DNA from: Felis catus
Taxonomy: Eukaryota
DNA length: 64,000 bases
Direction: 5' to 3'
NCBI RefSeq assembly: GCF_018350175.1
Contig: NC_058368.1
Span: forward strand, 185,010,001 to 185,074,000
A program made the translations under genes and the position numbers. This document shows, piece after piece, positions 51,525 to 62,960 of the stretch; positions within the stretch are counted from its first letter, which is position 1; the number at the start of each line of letters is the position of its first letter. The notes beneath the pieces were generated by a model, which searched no databases, was not told the origin of the DNA, and saw nothing but the letters and a program-made list of their open reading frames with translations.

Positions 51525-51652
51525 CAACTAGCTGAGGAAGAAGAACTGGGAAAATAGGACCTAGTATTTATAAAGTATGATGGCAGGTGGTAGATCTTAG
51601 TCCTGCCTGTGTTCAAAAGGGTGGATATCAGTTTGAAAGGATGATACAGCAG
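51525..51652 (+). repeat. Direct-repeat copy (likely donor) of 50112-50239
   Basis: 127/128 identical; continuous with non-microsatellite flanks. Confidence 0.97.
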
Positions 51653-51791
51653 AGAGATAATAACTGTAGGAAGATTTGGATTGTTTTTTGTTTTTGTTTT
51701 TGCTTTTTGGCCTTGGTATCCTTTGCACCCAGATGATGCTTGTCATACAGTAAAGTTTTAAAATGTTTCCTCAAAAAATGAACAAAAAATA

Positions 51792-52011
51792 GGGGTGCCT
51801 GGGTGGATCAGATCATTGGGTGTTGCTCTTGGGCTGAGGTGATGATCTCCTGGTCCATGGGTTTGAGACCCATGTTGAGCTGTGTGCTGACAGCTCAGAC
51901 CCTGGAGCTTGCTTTGGATTCTGTGTCTCCCTCTCTCTCTGCCCTTTCCCTGCTTGTGTCTTCTCTCTCTCTCTCTATCCCCATCTCAAAAATAAACATT
52001 TAAAAACATTT
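51792..52011 (+). mobile_element. Can-SINE
   Basis: TSD aaaaaatgaacaaaaa. Confidence 0.92.
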
Positions 52012-52393
52012 AAAAAATGAACAAAAAGCCACATGTAGAGATCCAGAAGGGCAGTTGGCATCAGGGAGATTTGGTAGAGGGTAGAGAGGGAACATATCCA
52101 TAGATAGGGTTTCTCAGATATAGGACTTCCAGTGATAAAAGGGGATGGTCCTGGCAACACCAGAACAATGGTCACCCTAGCCCACATGGCTGAAAAAAGT
52201 AAAGGTTAGATTCTGGGGGGACCAGTAAGAGTTGATGTTCCCCAACTTCCTAGAAGTAAGAGTTCCCCAACTTCCTAGATGTCCTATCTTGTTCAATCCA
52301 AGATATATGGGCATGTATGGGACCAATTTACTTGACTCAGATCACCTCTAGTTTGTGGTTCCTCTAGGATGAAAGATGAGGCTTCTCTTAAGC

Positions 52394-52399
<6 letters not shown>

Positions 52400-52433
<34 letters not shown>

Positions 52434-52442
52434 TATACATTT

Positions 52443-52501
<59 letters not shown>

Positions 52502-52601
52502 CAAGCAGGGCAGGCTCTGCACCATCAGTGCATAACTGGATCATGACCTGAGCCAAAACCGAGACTCAGACACTCAACCAACTAAGCCACCTTGGCTCCC
52601 C
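52400..52601 (-). mobile_element. Internally deleted Can-SINE with long (GA)n and (TA)n tail
   Basis: gatcatgacctgagcc...aagccacc; TSD cctcat. Confidence 0.85.
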
Positions 52602-52734
52602 AACCTCATGTGTTTTTTAAGAAAAATCATTGACCAGGTATCATGACTGGACTTGCCATCAGAGATGTATAAAATGGATTTATTCTCAGCCCCACTAAGC
52701 AGGACATATAATTTGGTTGTTAATAATTTGTTTT

Positions 52735-52945
52735 TTTGGAGTCAGAGGGACCTGACTTTCCACTCCTGACTTTACATGATGCCTTAAATGAGTTACTCAA
52801 TTTGTTTACCTCATTTGTGAAATGGGTGTAATAGTCCCTATATCAAAGGGCTGTTATAAAGCCTAAGTGATATAAAGTATGTGAAGTATTTAGTACAGCA
52901 CCAACCTCATAGCAAAGAATAATTTATAGTAGGTAGATATTATTC
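52735..52945 (+). mobile_element. MIR
   Basis: tggagtcaga...cctcatttgtgaaatggg. Confidence 0.7.
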
Positions 52946-53675
52946 TGTCTTGGGTGAGTTTTCCATCTTCTGCTTATGTGAATTTAATGATAATGCTTTG
53001 GTATTTTCTAAACATAACTTTGGGTTTACCTCTAGGACAACCTACAGCTACACCTGGTCTAGAAGACAAATGAATTTGATTAAGAAATACGACAAGCTGG
53101 TGCATGAAATATGAGGAAATTATTCACATGCAGAATGAAACACCCATTGAAGTCAGATAGAGATGCACATTATATGAATTATTAAAGAGCAACTGAAATC
53201 TAGAATGTTTATATAATTCTGAAATTTTACTGGAAAAGCTAACTTTTCATTATTTAAAATTAATTTGTCTAAAAGCCTTACCCATATAGTTAGAAACCAA
53301 ACATTTGATATAAAGCTTTCCGAAAACTAAGGAAAACAAAGAATTTGTTCCATGCTTCAAAGAATTTTTATAAACTCAGTGTGACTGTCTTTCTAATTTA
53401 TTGGCATTAATTAATGTTAACTTTGATGGGATTATAATTACTGTTATCTTTCAAAGTGAATATATTCATATCCAGGAAAGCAGATCAACCAGGTGTTTAC
53501 AAACCAAAGGTCTACTTTAGCATTAAATGGCAGGTCTGTTTGCTAGATTTTGATCTCCTTTCCTAAGTATATTCCACCCTAAACCTTAAAACAGTGTTCT
53601 TAGTGCATTATCTTCCTAACTTAATTTTTTTGGAGGGAGAGATAAACTGGCATATTAAGTGTTTATTATGTAGGT

Positions 53676-53875
53676 CAGCGGTTCTCAGTCAGGTATGACT
53701 TTACCCTCTAATGAGCATTTGGCAATATCTGGAGATAGTTTGGGTTGTCATAGGCGAGGGAAGGCAATGCTACTGGCATTTGAGGGATAAAGGCCAGAAA
53801 TAAAACTTAGCAGCCTACAATGCACAGGACAGCCCTCATTCTCCGATTTTCTTGCCAGATCAAAGAATTACCATG
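53676..53875. mobile_element. MER20-like hAT MITE
   Basis: cagcggttctca...catttggcaatatctggaga...tgctactggcat...tacaatgcacaggacagccc. Confidence 0.85.
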
Positions 53876-53975
53876 ATCATGAAATTAGTTGAAGATTTTT
53901 TCTTTTTACCATTGAAAAATTAGCATATTTACAAGTACATTCTGCTTTACATAATCCTAAAAATTTAAATTCATT

Positions 53976-54001
53976 AAAAAACTTTTTTTAATGTTTATTT
54001 T

Positions 54002-54042
<41 letters not shown>

Positions 54043-54210
54043 ACATGAGCTGGGGAGGGGTAGAGAGAGTGGGAGAAACAGAATCTGAAGCAGGCTCCAG
54101 GCTCTTAGCTGTCAGCATGGAGCCTGACACGGGGCTTAAACTCCTGAACCATGAGATCATGACCTGAGCTGAAGTCGGCCATTTAACTGACTGAGCCACC
54201 AAGGTGCCCC
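53976..54210 (-). mobile_element. Can-SINE
   Basis: Full SINEC; TSD t(t/g)taaattcatt. Confidence 0.95.
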
Positions 54211-54222
54211 TGTAAATTCATT

Positions 54223-54439
54223 TTTTAATGTTTATTATTTTTGAGAGAGCAAGCGAGCGAGTGAGCATGAGTATGGGGAGGGGAGGGGCAGAGAGAGAGA
54301 GGGAGACACAGAATCCGAAGCAGTCTCCAGGTTCTGAGCTGTCAGCACAGAGCCTGACGTGGGGCTTGAACTCAGGAGATGTGAGATCGTGACTGAGCCA
54401 AAGTCAGATGCTCAACCAACTGAACCACCCAGGTGCCCC
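54223..54439 (-). mobile_element. Can-SINE
   Basis: Full SINEC; TSD tgtaaattcatt. Confidence 0.95.
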
Positions 54440-54692
54440 TGTAAATTCATTTGTAAATAGGATGTTTATAAACAGATTATGGGAAGTCCTACTCTATTCT
54501 AGGCCCAGTGCTGGGTGCTGGTATGTTATGAAGAAGAAACCAGTTATAGTCTTTGTCTTCACACAGCTTAGTCTTGTGGATGAGTCAGATAATGACAAAT
54601 AAGTAAATAAGGAAATATGTGACAAAATTTATGATAAATGTCACGAGGGAAGACAACAGGGAACCAAGAAGGGTGGTCAGCAGGGAGATTCT

Positions 54693-54912
54693 TCTTTTTA
54701 TTTTTTTAAAATCTTCTTTAACGTTTATTTATTTTTGAAGGAGGGAGACAGAGTGCAAGCAGGGAAGGGGCAGAGAGAGAGGGAAATACAGTAGGCTCCA
54801 GGCTCCGGGCTGTCAGCACAGAGCCCGACACAGAGCTACAACTCAGGATTCATGAGATCATGACCTCAGCCAAAGTTGGAGGCTTAACCAACTGAGCCAC
54901 CCAGGTGCCTCC
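54693..54912 (-). mobile_element. Can-SINE
   Basis: SINEC body. Confidence 0.92.
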
Positions 54913-54917
54913 AAAAG

Positions 54918-54977
54918 GATTTTTTAAAATTATTTATTCATTTGAGAGAGAGAGAGAACATGAGAGAGCTGGGGATG

Positions 54978-55023
<46 letters not shown>

Positions 55024-55146
55024 ATCTTAAGTAGGCTCCATGCCCAGTGCAAACCCAGCCTCAGGGCTTTCTCAAGACTGTAAGATCATGACCTGAGCCA
55101 AAATCAAGAGTCAGATGCTTAACCAACTGAGGCACGCAGGCACCCC
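54918..55146 (-). mobile_element. Can-SINE (older)
   Basis: SINEC body with (GA)n. Confidence 0.9.
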
Positions 55147-55596
55147 AATCATCAAAAAGTTTTAAGCAAGGCACTTAAATGTCCTTATTTATGGTTTTAA
55201 AAGATTATGCTGATGGTTGTAGGGAGAATGAATTGGATTAAGGTAAGAATGAAAGCAAGAGATGAGTTAGAATTTGATTGCAATAGTGCAGGCAGGAGAT
55301 CATCATGGCCTGGATGTGGTAGTGGCCTTAGAGCTGAAGAAAAGTTGATGGAACTGAGACACAGGTTAAAAGTAGGATAGATAGAACTTGGCGATAACTG
55401 GAGAAATTTGGAGACATGTGAAGAAAAGAGAAGAGTCAAGGATGATTCTTCAATTTCTGGTTTGGAAAACCGGGTAGTTGCAGGATGGTGCCATTTAGTT
55501 AGACATCAGTGACTGTGGGGGACAGAAGGGTTACAGGAACCAAAAATCAAGTGTTCTGTTTTGGATACATTCATTTTGAGGTGCTTGTGAATATTT

Positions 55597-55815
55597 AAAA
55601 AATTTTTTTTTCAACATTTATTTATTTTTTGGGACAGAGAGAGACAGAGCATGAACGGGGGAGGGGCAGAGAGAGAGGGAGACACAGAATCGGAAACAGG
55701 CTCCAGGCTCTGAGCCATCAGCCCAGAGCCTGATGCGGGGCTCGAACTCACGGACCGCGAGATCGTGACCTGGCTGAAGTCTGACGCTTAACCGACTGTG
55801 CCACCCAGGCGCCCC
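55597..55815 (-). mobile_element. Can-SINE, young subfamily
   Basis: Same diagnostics as 16944-17171; perfect 18-bp TSD AGGTGCTTGTGAATATTT. Confidence 0.97.
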
Positions 55816-56734
55816 AAGGTGCTTGTGAATATTTTAATTGGAGAATCCAAGCAAGCACTTATAGAATACCTGTCAGGACCCCAGGAGAAGAGCCAGATAA
55901 GATATATAATATGAAGTTAATTAAGGTCACAAGAATAGATACAATCGTGCAGTAAGGGGTATAGAGAAAGAATGGTAGTAGAGACCTGGGAATGAACACA
56001 GAGGACCTTAAATATTTAGAGATCTGGATCAAAACAATGCAAAGCATTGTATCTTCACATTTGTTGAAAATCCTGTCCTACCCTATCTCCCCTAATTCCC
56101 AGATTTTAAGTCCAACATTTTCAGCCATGGTTCTTTTACTCACTGAGGTAACTAATGGAATTCCAGAATTAGCCTCCAAACTGTATAGCCTCCTCTAATT
56201 GCTGGTGCAAGAAATCTTAGTGCCACAAGGAAAAAATTCCACCTTCTTTTGTAGCTGGCAGAAAAGCAGGTTCTATTTGCATCATAAAAGTCTCTTTGCT
56301 ATGGATATTTTTAAAAATGGCATCTATAAGGCACTTGGACATCACATATTGATAGGTTCTGTGAAAATAACCTTTAACCTCTAAAAATGTCTGTCAATCT
56401 CATTAGTTTTTTTAAACAATGTATTGTCCTGGCAATAATGTTTAAATTGACATCTTTGTTTTTGAAGAAGTGTAAATACTTGTAAATTTTCTCTGTTAAA
56501 CTAAAGGGGAATGTGTACTTCCTCTACATGTACAAAGGTAACAACAACAACAAAAATGAAACCAGCATCTCGGTTAATTTCTTATTTAACTAAATTATGA
56601 GAAATTTAGAAAACATTTAAATTAACACAGAATAAGCTAACATAGACGGATGAGGAGTTACCAGAATGCTGTAACATCCTAGGAGAGTGGAAGAATAGAG
56701 CCTAAATTTAGGAAAGTGTTTCAAGAAAGTGATT

Positions 56735-56942
56735 GGGGTGCCTGGGGGCTTAGTTGGTTGTCAGGCTCCTGATTTCGGCTCAGGTCATGATCTCACTGTT
56801 CACGAGATCCAGTCCCACACTGAGCTCCATGGTGGGCTTTGTGCCGACAAAGCGAATCTTGCTTGGAATTCTCTCTCTCCCTCTCTCTCTGCCCCTCCCC
56901 CACTGTCCCTCTGTCTCAAAATAAATAAATAAACTTAAAAAA
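56735..56942 (+). mobile_element. Can-SINE (older)
   Basis: SINEC body. Confidence 0.9.
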
Positions 56943-57385
56943 AAGAAAGCAATCAGTTGTTCGATTTCTAGATGTCTATGAATATGAAGACAGAAAATGT
57001 CCAATAGATCTTTGTAAAATGAAGGTCGTTAGTGATCTTGGCCTGATCAGTTTCAGTGGCATGATGGAGCTGAAAAGCAGTCTGGGCTAGGCTGTTTGGG
57101 AAGTGGGAAAGGCAAAGGCAGTCTGTCTTCTAAGCAGCCTGAAACCAGCTTGTATCAGTATGTAACACATGATAATTTCACAAGACTTTTCAATTTCATT
57201 TTCAAGACATATCAGGTTGGTGGGGTGAGTTCTTTATCCCCATTTTTATTGATGAGCTGATCGATACTCAGTTACTCAAAGTTTCAAAGCAAGTAAGTAT
57301 GGAGTAACAGAAGCCAAGGTTTGCAGTTGGATCTGCAAGCCCACTGCCCTCTCTTCTTACAACACATATAAAAAGGGAGGCAATA

Positions 57386-58180
57386 AACCAACACATGAAA
57401 AAATACTCAACATCACTCATCATCAGGGAAATACAAATCAAAACCACAATGAGATACCACCTCACACCTGTCAGAATGGCTAACATTAACAACTCAGGCA
57501 ACAACAGATGTTGGCAAGGATGTGGAGAAAGAGGATCTCTTTTGCACTGTTGGTGGGAATGCAAACTTGTGCAGCCACTCTGGAAAACAGTAAAGAGGTT
57601 CCTCAAAAAATTAAAAATAGAACTACCCTACAACCCACCAATTGCACTACTAGGTATTTATCCAAGGGATATAGGTGTGCTGTTTTAAAGGGGCACATGC
57701 AACCCTATGTTTATAGCAGCACTATAAACAATAGCCAAAGTATGGAAAGAGCCCAAATGTTCATCAATGGATGAATAGATAAAGAAGATGTAGTGTATAC
57801 ATACATTGGAGTATTACTCGGCAATCAAAAAGAATGAAATCACAACTTGCCATTCGCAACTACGTGGTTGGAACTAAAGGGTATTATGCTAAGTGAAATA
57901 AGTCAGAAAAAGACAAATATCTGACTTAACTCATATGAGGACTTTAAGATACAAAAGAGATGAACATAAGGAAAGGGAAGCAAAAATAATATAAAAACAG
58001 GGAGGGGAACAAAAACATAAGAGACTTAAATATGGAGAACAAACAGAGGGTTTCTGGAGGGGTTGTGAGAAGGGGGATGGGCTAAATGGGAAAGGGTCAT
58101 TAAGGAATCTACTCCTGAAATCATTGTTGCACTATATGCTAACTAACTTGGATGTAAAATAAAAAAATAAATTAAAAAAA
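57386..58180 (+). mobile_element. 5'-truncated carnivore L1 with ORF2 C-terminal remnant (57395-57688)
   Basis: [29 protein letters not shown]...[19 protein letters not shown] tail; TSD gggaggcaata. Confidence 0.95.
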
Positions 58181-58697
58181 AGGGGGAGGCAATATCAGGG
58201 AGAGGAAGAGGAGGCCTAAAAACAAAACTTCCCAAACATTTAATACACTTTTTCACTGTAACTGGACGTGTACTTGATTCCAACTTTTTGCAAATGAGTG
58301 AAATGTTGTAGTAAGCCTAATTCTCCCCAGAGGAAAGCAGTCCTTAGGTTTTCTTTGAAAATGGTGCTTTTCTAAAGGAAAATTCAAAGAACCACTATTT
58401 ACATAGCAATAAGCAATGGAGGAGAATTTAGAAAGCTTAGCAGCAGCCTCTGAGACACCTTTGTCTCAGAAAAGGGGTGCTGGGTCCTAGAAATATCAGT
58501 GTCACATAATCCCTCTATGGGCCCACATGGTCCTTCTTGGTCTCTTAGGAATTCAGCAGCAATGTAATGAGAAGTTGATGGAGCTGGACGTGGGAAATGC
58601 ATCTGTGGAACTCCTGAGCAACTTGAGTTTAAAAGAGGAATAGCATTTTTATGTCATAGCTCTTGAATTGTCAATGCATTTAAAATCAGAATATCTG

Positions 58698-58922
58698 GGG
58701 GCGCCTGGGTGGCTTGGTCGGTTGAGTGTCTGACTTCGGCTCAGGTCATGATCTCACAGTCCGTGAGTTCGAGCCCCACGTTGGGCTCTGTGCTGACAGC
58801 TCAGAGCCTGGAGCCTGTTTCAGATTCTGTGTCTCTCTCTCTCTCTGCCCCTCCCCTGTTCATGCTCTGTCTCTCTCTGTCTCAAAAAAATAAATAAACG
58901 TTAAAAAAAATAAAAAAAAAAT
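58698..58922 (+). mobile_element. Can-SINE
   Basis: Full SINEC; TSD aaaat(c/t)agaatatctg. Confidence 0.96.
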
Positions 58923-59167
58923 AAAATTAGAATATCTGATTTTATTCAAGGTATAAAATATTGAGATAAATAGAAAATCATTGTACTGTTCTATCTTACC
59001 CTTGAGTGTAGGCAGAAAGCAAATATGAACATGGAAATTCTGAGAAATAACCAATTAAAAGGAAGAGGATTATTTGATAATTTTGACCTGAAAACATAAC
59101 TGGGATGGCGATTCTGGTTTAGAAAGATCTAAAAAAGTTACTTACGTCACACTTAAAATGATGTCAA

Positions 59168-59582
59168 TTATATACTGTATGGTTCCAAGTGTGTAACATT
59201 CTGGAAAAGGCAAAACTGTGGAGGCAGTAAAAAGATCTGTGGTTGCCAGGGATTGGAGAGGAGATGAATAGGCAGAGCACAGAGGATTTTTAGGGCAGTG
59301 AAAGTACTCACCATAATGGTGGATATATGTCATTATGCATTTGTCCAAACCCATAGAATGCATGACACCAAGAGTGTACCTTAATGTAAACTATGGACTT
59401 TAGGACATTATGATGTGTTAAAGTAGATTCATTGATTGTAATACATGCAGCACTCTGGTGGGGGATGTTTAGTGAAGAAGGCTGTGCATGTATGGGGTCA
59501 GGAGGTATATGGCAAAGTCTACCTTCCTCTCAATTTGGCGGTGATTCTAAAACTGCTGTAAAAAATAAAGTCTTAATAAAAC
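59168..59582 (+). mobile_element. Ancient L1 3' end (L1MC-like)
   Basis: cattctggaaaaggcaaaact...gtggttgccaggg...ctaaaactgct..aaaaaataaagtc. Confidence 0.85.
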
Positions 59583-59849
59583 AAACGTCAACTTAAGTAT
59601 TATTTCTGTGACAACATGTGCTTTCAGCTCTGCCTCAGCAAGGTCTTCACTCTCAGCCTGATCTGAGTTTCATGGCTGCCTTCAAGCCAGTGTTCCTTGT
59701 GCTAAATACTGATGAAATGCTTTCTTCCCCTTTACTAAGTTTGTGCTCACAGACTTCATTCATATCCTGAAATCAATTTGATCTACCTCAGAGCCCTATA
59801 AAAAGCCTGTCAGCTTATTTATAGATTCTTAATGAAGCCATTTAAGAAT

Positions 59850-60690
59850 GCTTTTTATTATGGAAAATTTTAGTCACTTAAGAAAGTAGATAGAATCCCT
59901 GAATACTTTTTGAAAGTATATGGAACCGTGTGTACCCATCATCAGCTTCAACAATTACTAATTCGTGGCTAATTATCTTTTCATCTAAACTCTCATTCAT
60001 TTCCCCTCTATGTGTATTATTTTGAAGAAATTTCCAGGTATTATAGCAGTTAAGCTTTTTTGCTTAACTTAAATCAGCAGAATTGCATATGCCTGCTTTA
60101 TAGAAGTTGAATGTATATACTATATAATATCCTTTGTGTTCTCAAATATTGTACCTTTCTATTGTCTCCACCGTGAGAATTATGATAAATTCAAATTCAT
60201 ATTTATTTACTTTATTTTTTAATTGAAGAATAATTGATGTACAGTATTGTATTGGCTTAGTTACTTGAGCGGATAATACATTGCACATGGTTCGAAATGC
60301 AAGGTATTCAAGAGGGCATCCATAAAAAGTAAGTCTTCTTTGTCTGTCTTCTTTTCTCTCAGGAGGCAGCCACTATGGCTAGTTCTTATATATTTGTCCA
60401 TAAATATTTTATGCATGTATAAATGTGTGTGTGTGTGTGTGTGTGTTTGTGTGTGTGTTTGTGTGTGTGTGTATAAGAAAGAGAATGATATTTATGGTCT
60501 GATCTTGCTTTTTTCACATCTCTATATGCCTTGGACATCTTTCTTTAACAGGACTTATAAAGCATAGAGCTGCCTAAGTATTTTTAAAGGCTGCAGAGTA
60601 TTTCATTTTATGATGCTACTGTAATTTGTTTACCCTATTCAGTGATGCACATGTAAGTTGTTTTCAATCTTTTGCTGTAATATGATCTAT
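59850..60690 (-). mobile_element. Ancient L1M 3'UTR fragments with (TG)n
   Basis: ttttattatggaaaatttt; tttttaaaggctgcagagtatttcatt. Confidence 0.55.
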
Positions 60691-61429
60691 TTTATAAATG
60701 CCAAATCTCTAGCATGTTGTTTTTTTTAAATTGACAGTCTTGAAAACAATGTTTTAGGTACATTCTGAGATTTTCTCTTCCTGCCTATTCTTCATTCCAG
60801 TTTCTTTGCCCTAACTTCCTGTCTTTTCCCACCCACAGCCTCTTCACCCTGTTTTTTGGTGTATGGTTAAAAATTAAGGGCCACACCTTGCTCTTAGGAC
60901 AGTGAGAACAGTGAAGATCAGGAGGTTTAACTTTCTGTGGCTCAGCTGAAGTTAGCTCACCTCAGGGAGCCCAGCCCATTATAGGATAGTAGAGCTGGGT
61001 AGTTTAAATTCAATCCTCTTATTTCATGGTAAACTGAAGCCTCAGAAGATTAATAACCCAATTCCCTAGGATGCTTAACATTTCTTCTTACTCAGAGAAA
61101 AGCGTCACAAAAAGACTGAAAAAAATCCAAATATAATTCTTCTTACAGAAGAATACAGTTCCAAAATTGTATTCAGGGGTGTGGCTTCTGTATTTAAGGA
61201 AGCAAAGAGGAGAATGTACTGCTGACATCACTGGGAGAAAAGGAGGTTGTTACATGTATAATCTGCACTTATTCATATAGCGCATGCAGCAAAATAGGAG
61301 AGGTAGAACTCCCCCTTTTCACTGAGCTGCCTTTAGTGTTCATATTCATGACATCTTTTCCTCACTCTAAGGCTCTCCTTGGATGCTCTTGATACCTTAT
61401 TTCCCCTGAACGATAGCAACAGCAACAAC

Positions 61430-61660
61430 AACTCACACTTACTGAACACCTACTGGGGGTCAGGCATTGTTTCAGTGCTTTAGAGAAGTCCGTTTAATCC
61501 TTACAACCATGATGAGCTACCACTATTACAAATGGAGAAATTCAGAACAGAGAAGAAAGAAAAATAACTTGCCCAAGGTCACAGCAAATAAGTGGCTAAG
61601 CTGAGATGTGGATTTGGTCTGGCTCCAGAATTTGATTTCTTAAGCCTGATGCTATACTTC
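61430..61660 (-). mobile_element. MIR
   Basis: tttaatccttacaacc...taacttgcccaaggtcaca. Confidence 0.75.
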
Positions 61661-62545
61661 CTCTGAATAGCAATGTTGGGGAGAAGGGGAGTACAGGTGA
61701 TCTGGGCCAGTTTACAGATGACCAAATTCTTACCCTAGTAATAGGGACTAGGAGTTGGATGGGCCTGAGGTTCTAGGAAATTGAGCCAGGTTTGGATGGG
61801 ACAGTATTGCTCAAGGACTGACAAGGACAAACCAAGAAAGTTCATAAAGGAAGCATCCAGGCGGGAAGGTGAAGTAAAGTCAGGCACACAGTTCAGTCAA
61901 AGGATTTGCCTAGGGGAGCTGGGCAGAAAACAAGTGAGAGACAGCAGGGTAGAAACGAGAGTTTCGGGAAGGAATAAATAGGTTTGGCATGGCAGGAAAA
62001 AGCCTATTCTAAAAGAGATTTTCTGAAATACGGGAGCCCAATGTCAGGACTTTGGACCTCATGCTGAGAGACTGTGGATAAGTGTGGAGAAGAAAATTGT
62101 TTCCTTTTTCTTGTCCTCACATCCCATTTAGTTAAATGCTGGAAAAGAATGGTGTTAGGGAATTACACATTAGAGGCTAATCAAAATTTACAGAAAAAGA
62201 AGAAAAAATATTCACAAAGATGGAGAGAGGGGAAGATTGCCATCCTAGTTGTCTGGGTCCACATCAGAGAAGTAGCTGGGGCAGAGATTTTTCACTTGAT
62301 TCTGTCTTTCATGTACCTGGGAGTGTCTTGTTTTCTGTCTCCAATAAATTTGAAGATCAAAGGAACAATCTAGATTGGGAATTTCATTTATTCATGTTTT
62401 CATCATTTAATTATTATTAAATAATTAAACATTCATTAGGTACCTACTATGTGCCAGACACTGTTCTAGGATTTTGGACATATGCAAATGAACAAGATGG
62501 ACCAAGTTCTTGACCTTTTGCAGCTTATAGTCTAGAAAGTATTTA

Positions 62546-62760
62546 GGGGCATCTGGGTGGGTAAGTCGGTTAAGCATCTGACTTGATTTCTGCTCAGGTC
62601 ATGATCTCACGGTTCATTAGAGCACCGTGTGGAGCTCTGTGCTGACAGTGTGGAGTCTGCTTGGGATTCTCTCTCTCCCCGCCTCTGCTCCTCCATCCCT
62701 TGTGTGCACACTCTGTCTCTCTCAAAATAAATAAATAAACTTAAAAAAATAATAAAAAAA
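62546..62760 (+). mobile_element. Can-SINE (older)
   Basis: SINEC body following an L2 3' relic (~62385-62535). Confidence 0.9.
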
Positions 62761-62784
62761 GAAAGCAATGAAAAGAGATGAGCT

Positions 62785-62960
62785 TTCATAGTGGCTAAAA
62801 ATGCAATCTCTGGGATCAGACTGCCTGGTTCCCCTACTGACTTATTGTGTGACCACTCTGCTTGACTCAGTTTTCTCATTTATGAAAAGTGCATGATAGA
62901 GTTACATGAATCATATGAGAGAATGCATGCAAAATGTTTACTATAGGCCTGGTACATATC
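62785..62960 (+). mobile_element. MIR
   Basis: ctcagttttctcatttatgaaa core. Confidence 0.65.

Larger units (their letters stand above)
54450..56030. mobile_element. L2 relic, interrupted by three SINEs
   Basis: agagtcaaggatgattctt..tttctggtttg; ttctgttttggatacatt..tttgaggtgc. Confidence 0.75.

Noticed and set aside
2354..58897. Family of similar short ORFs (MAQSVKRPTSAQVMIS...)
   Set aside because: These are translations of the SINE consensus, not genes.
61176..61232. Core promoter (GGGGTGTGGC, TATTTAA, TGACATCA/Inr-like)
   Set aside because: TATA-to-Inr spacing of about 39 nt is off-consensus, there is no CpG island, and such short motifs are expected by chance.
2203..62760. Minus-strand excess of SINEs (about 21 vs 12) as evidence for a + strand host gene
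   Set aside because: The bias is modest and inflated by clustered insertions, and no exon was identified.
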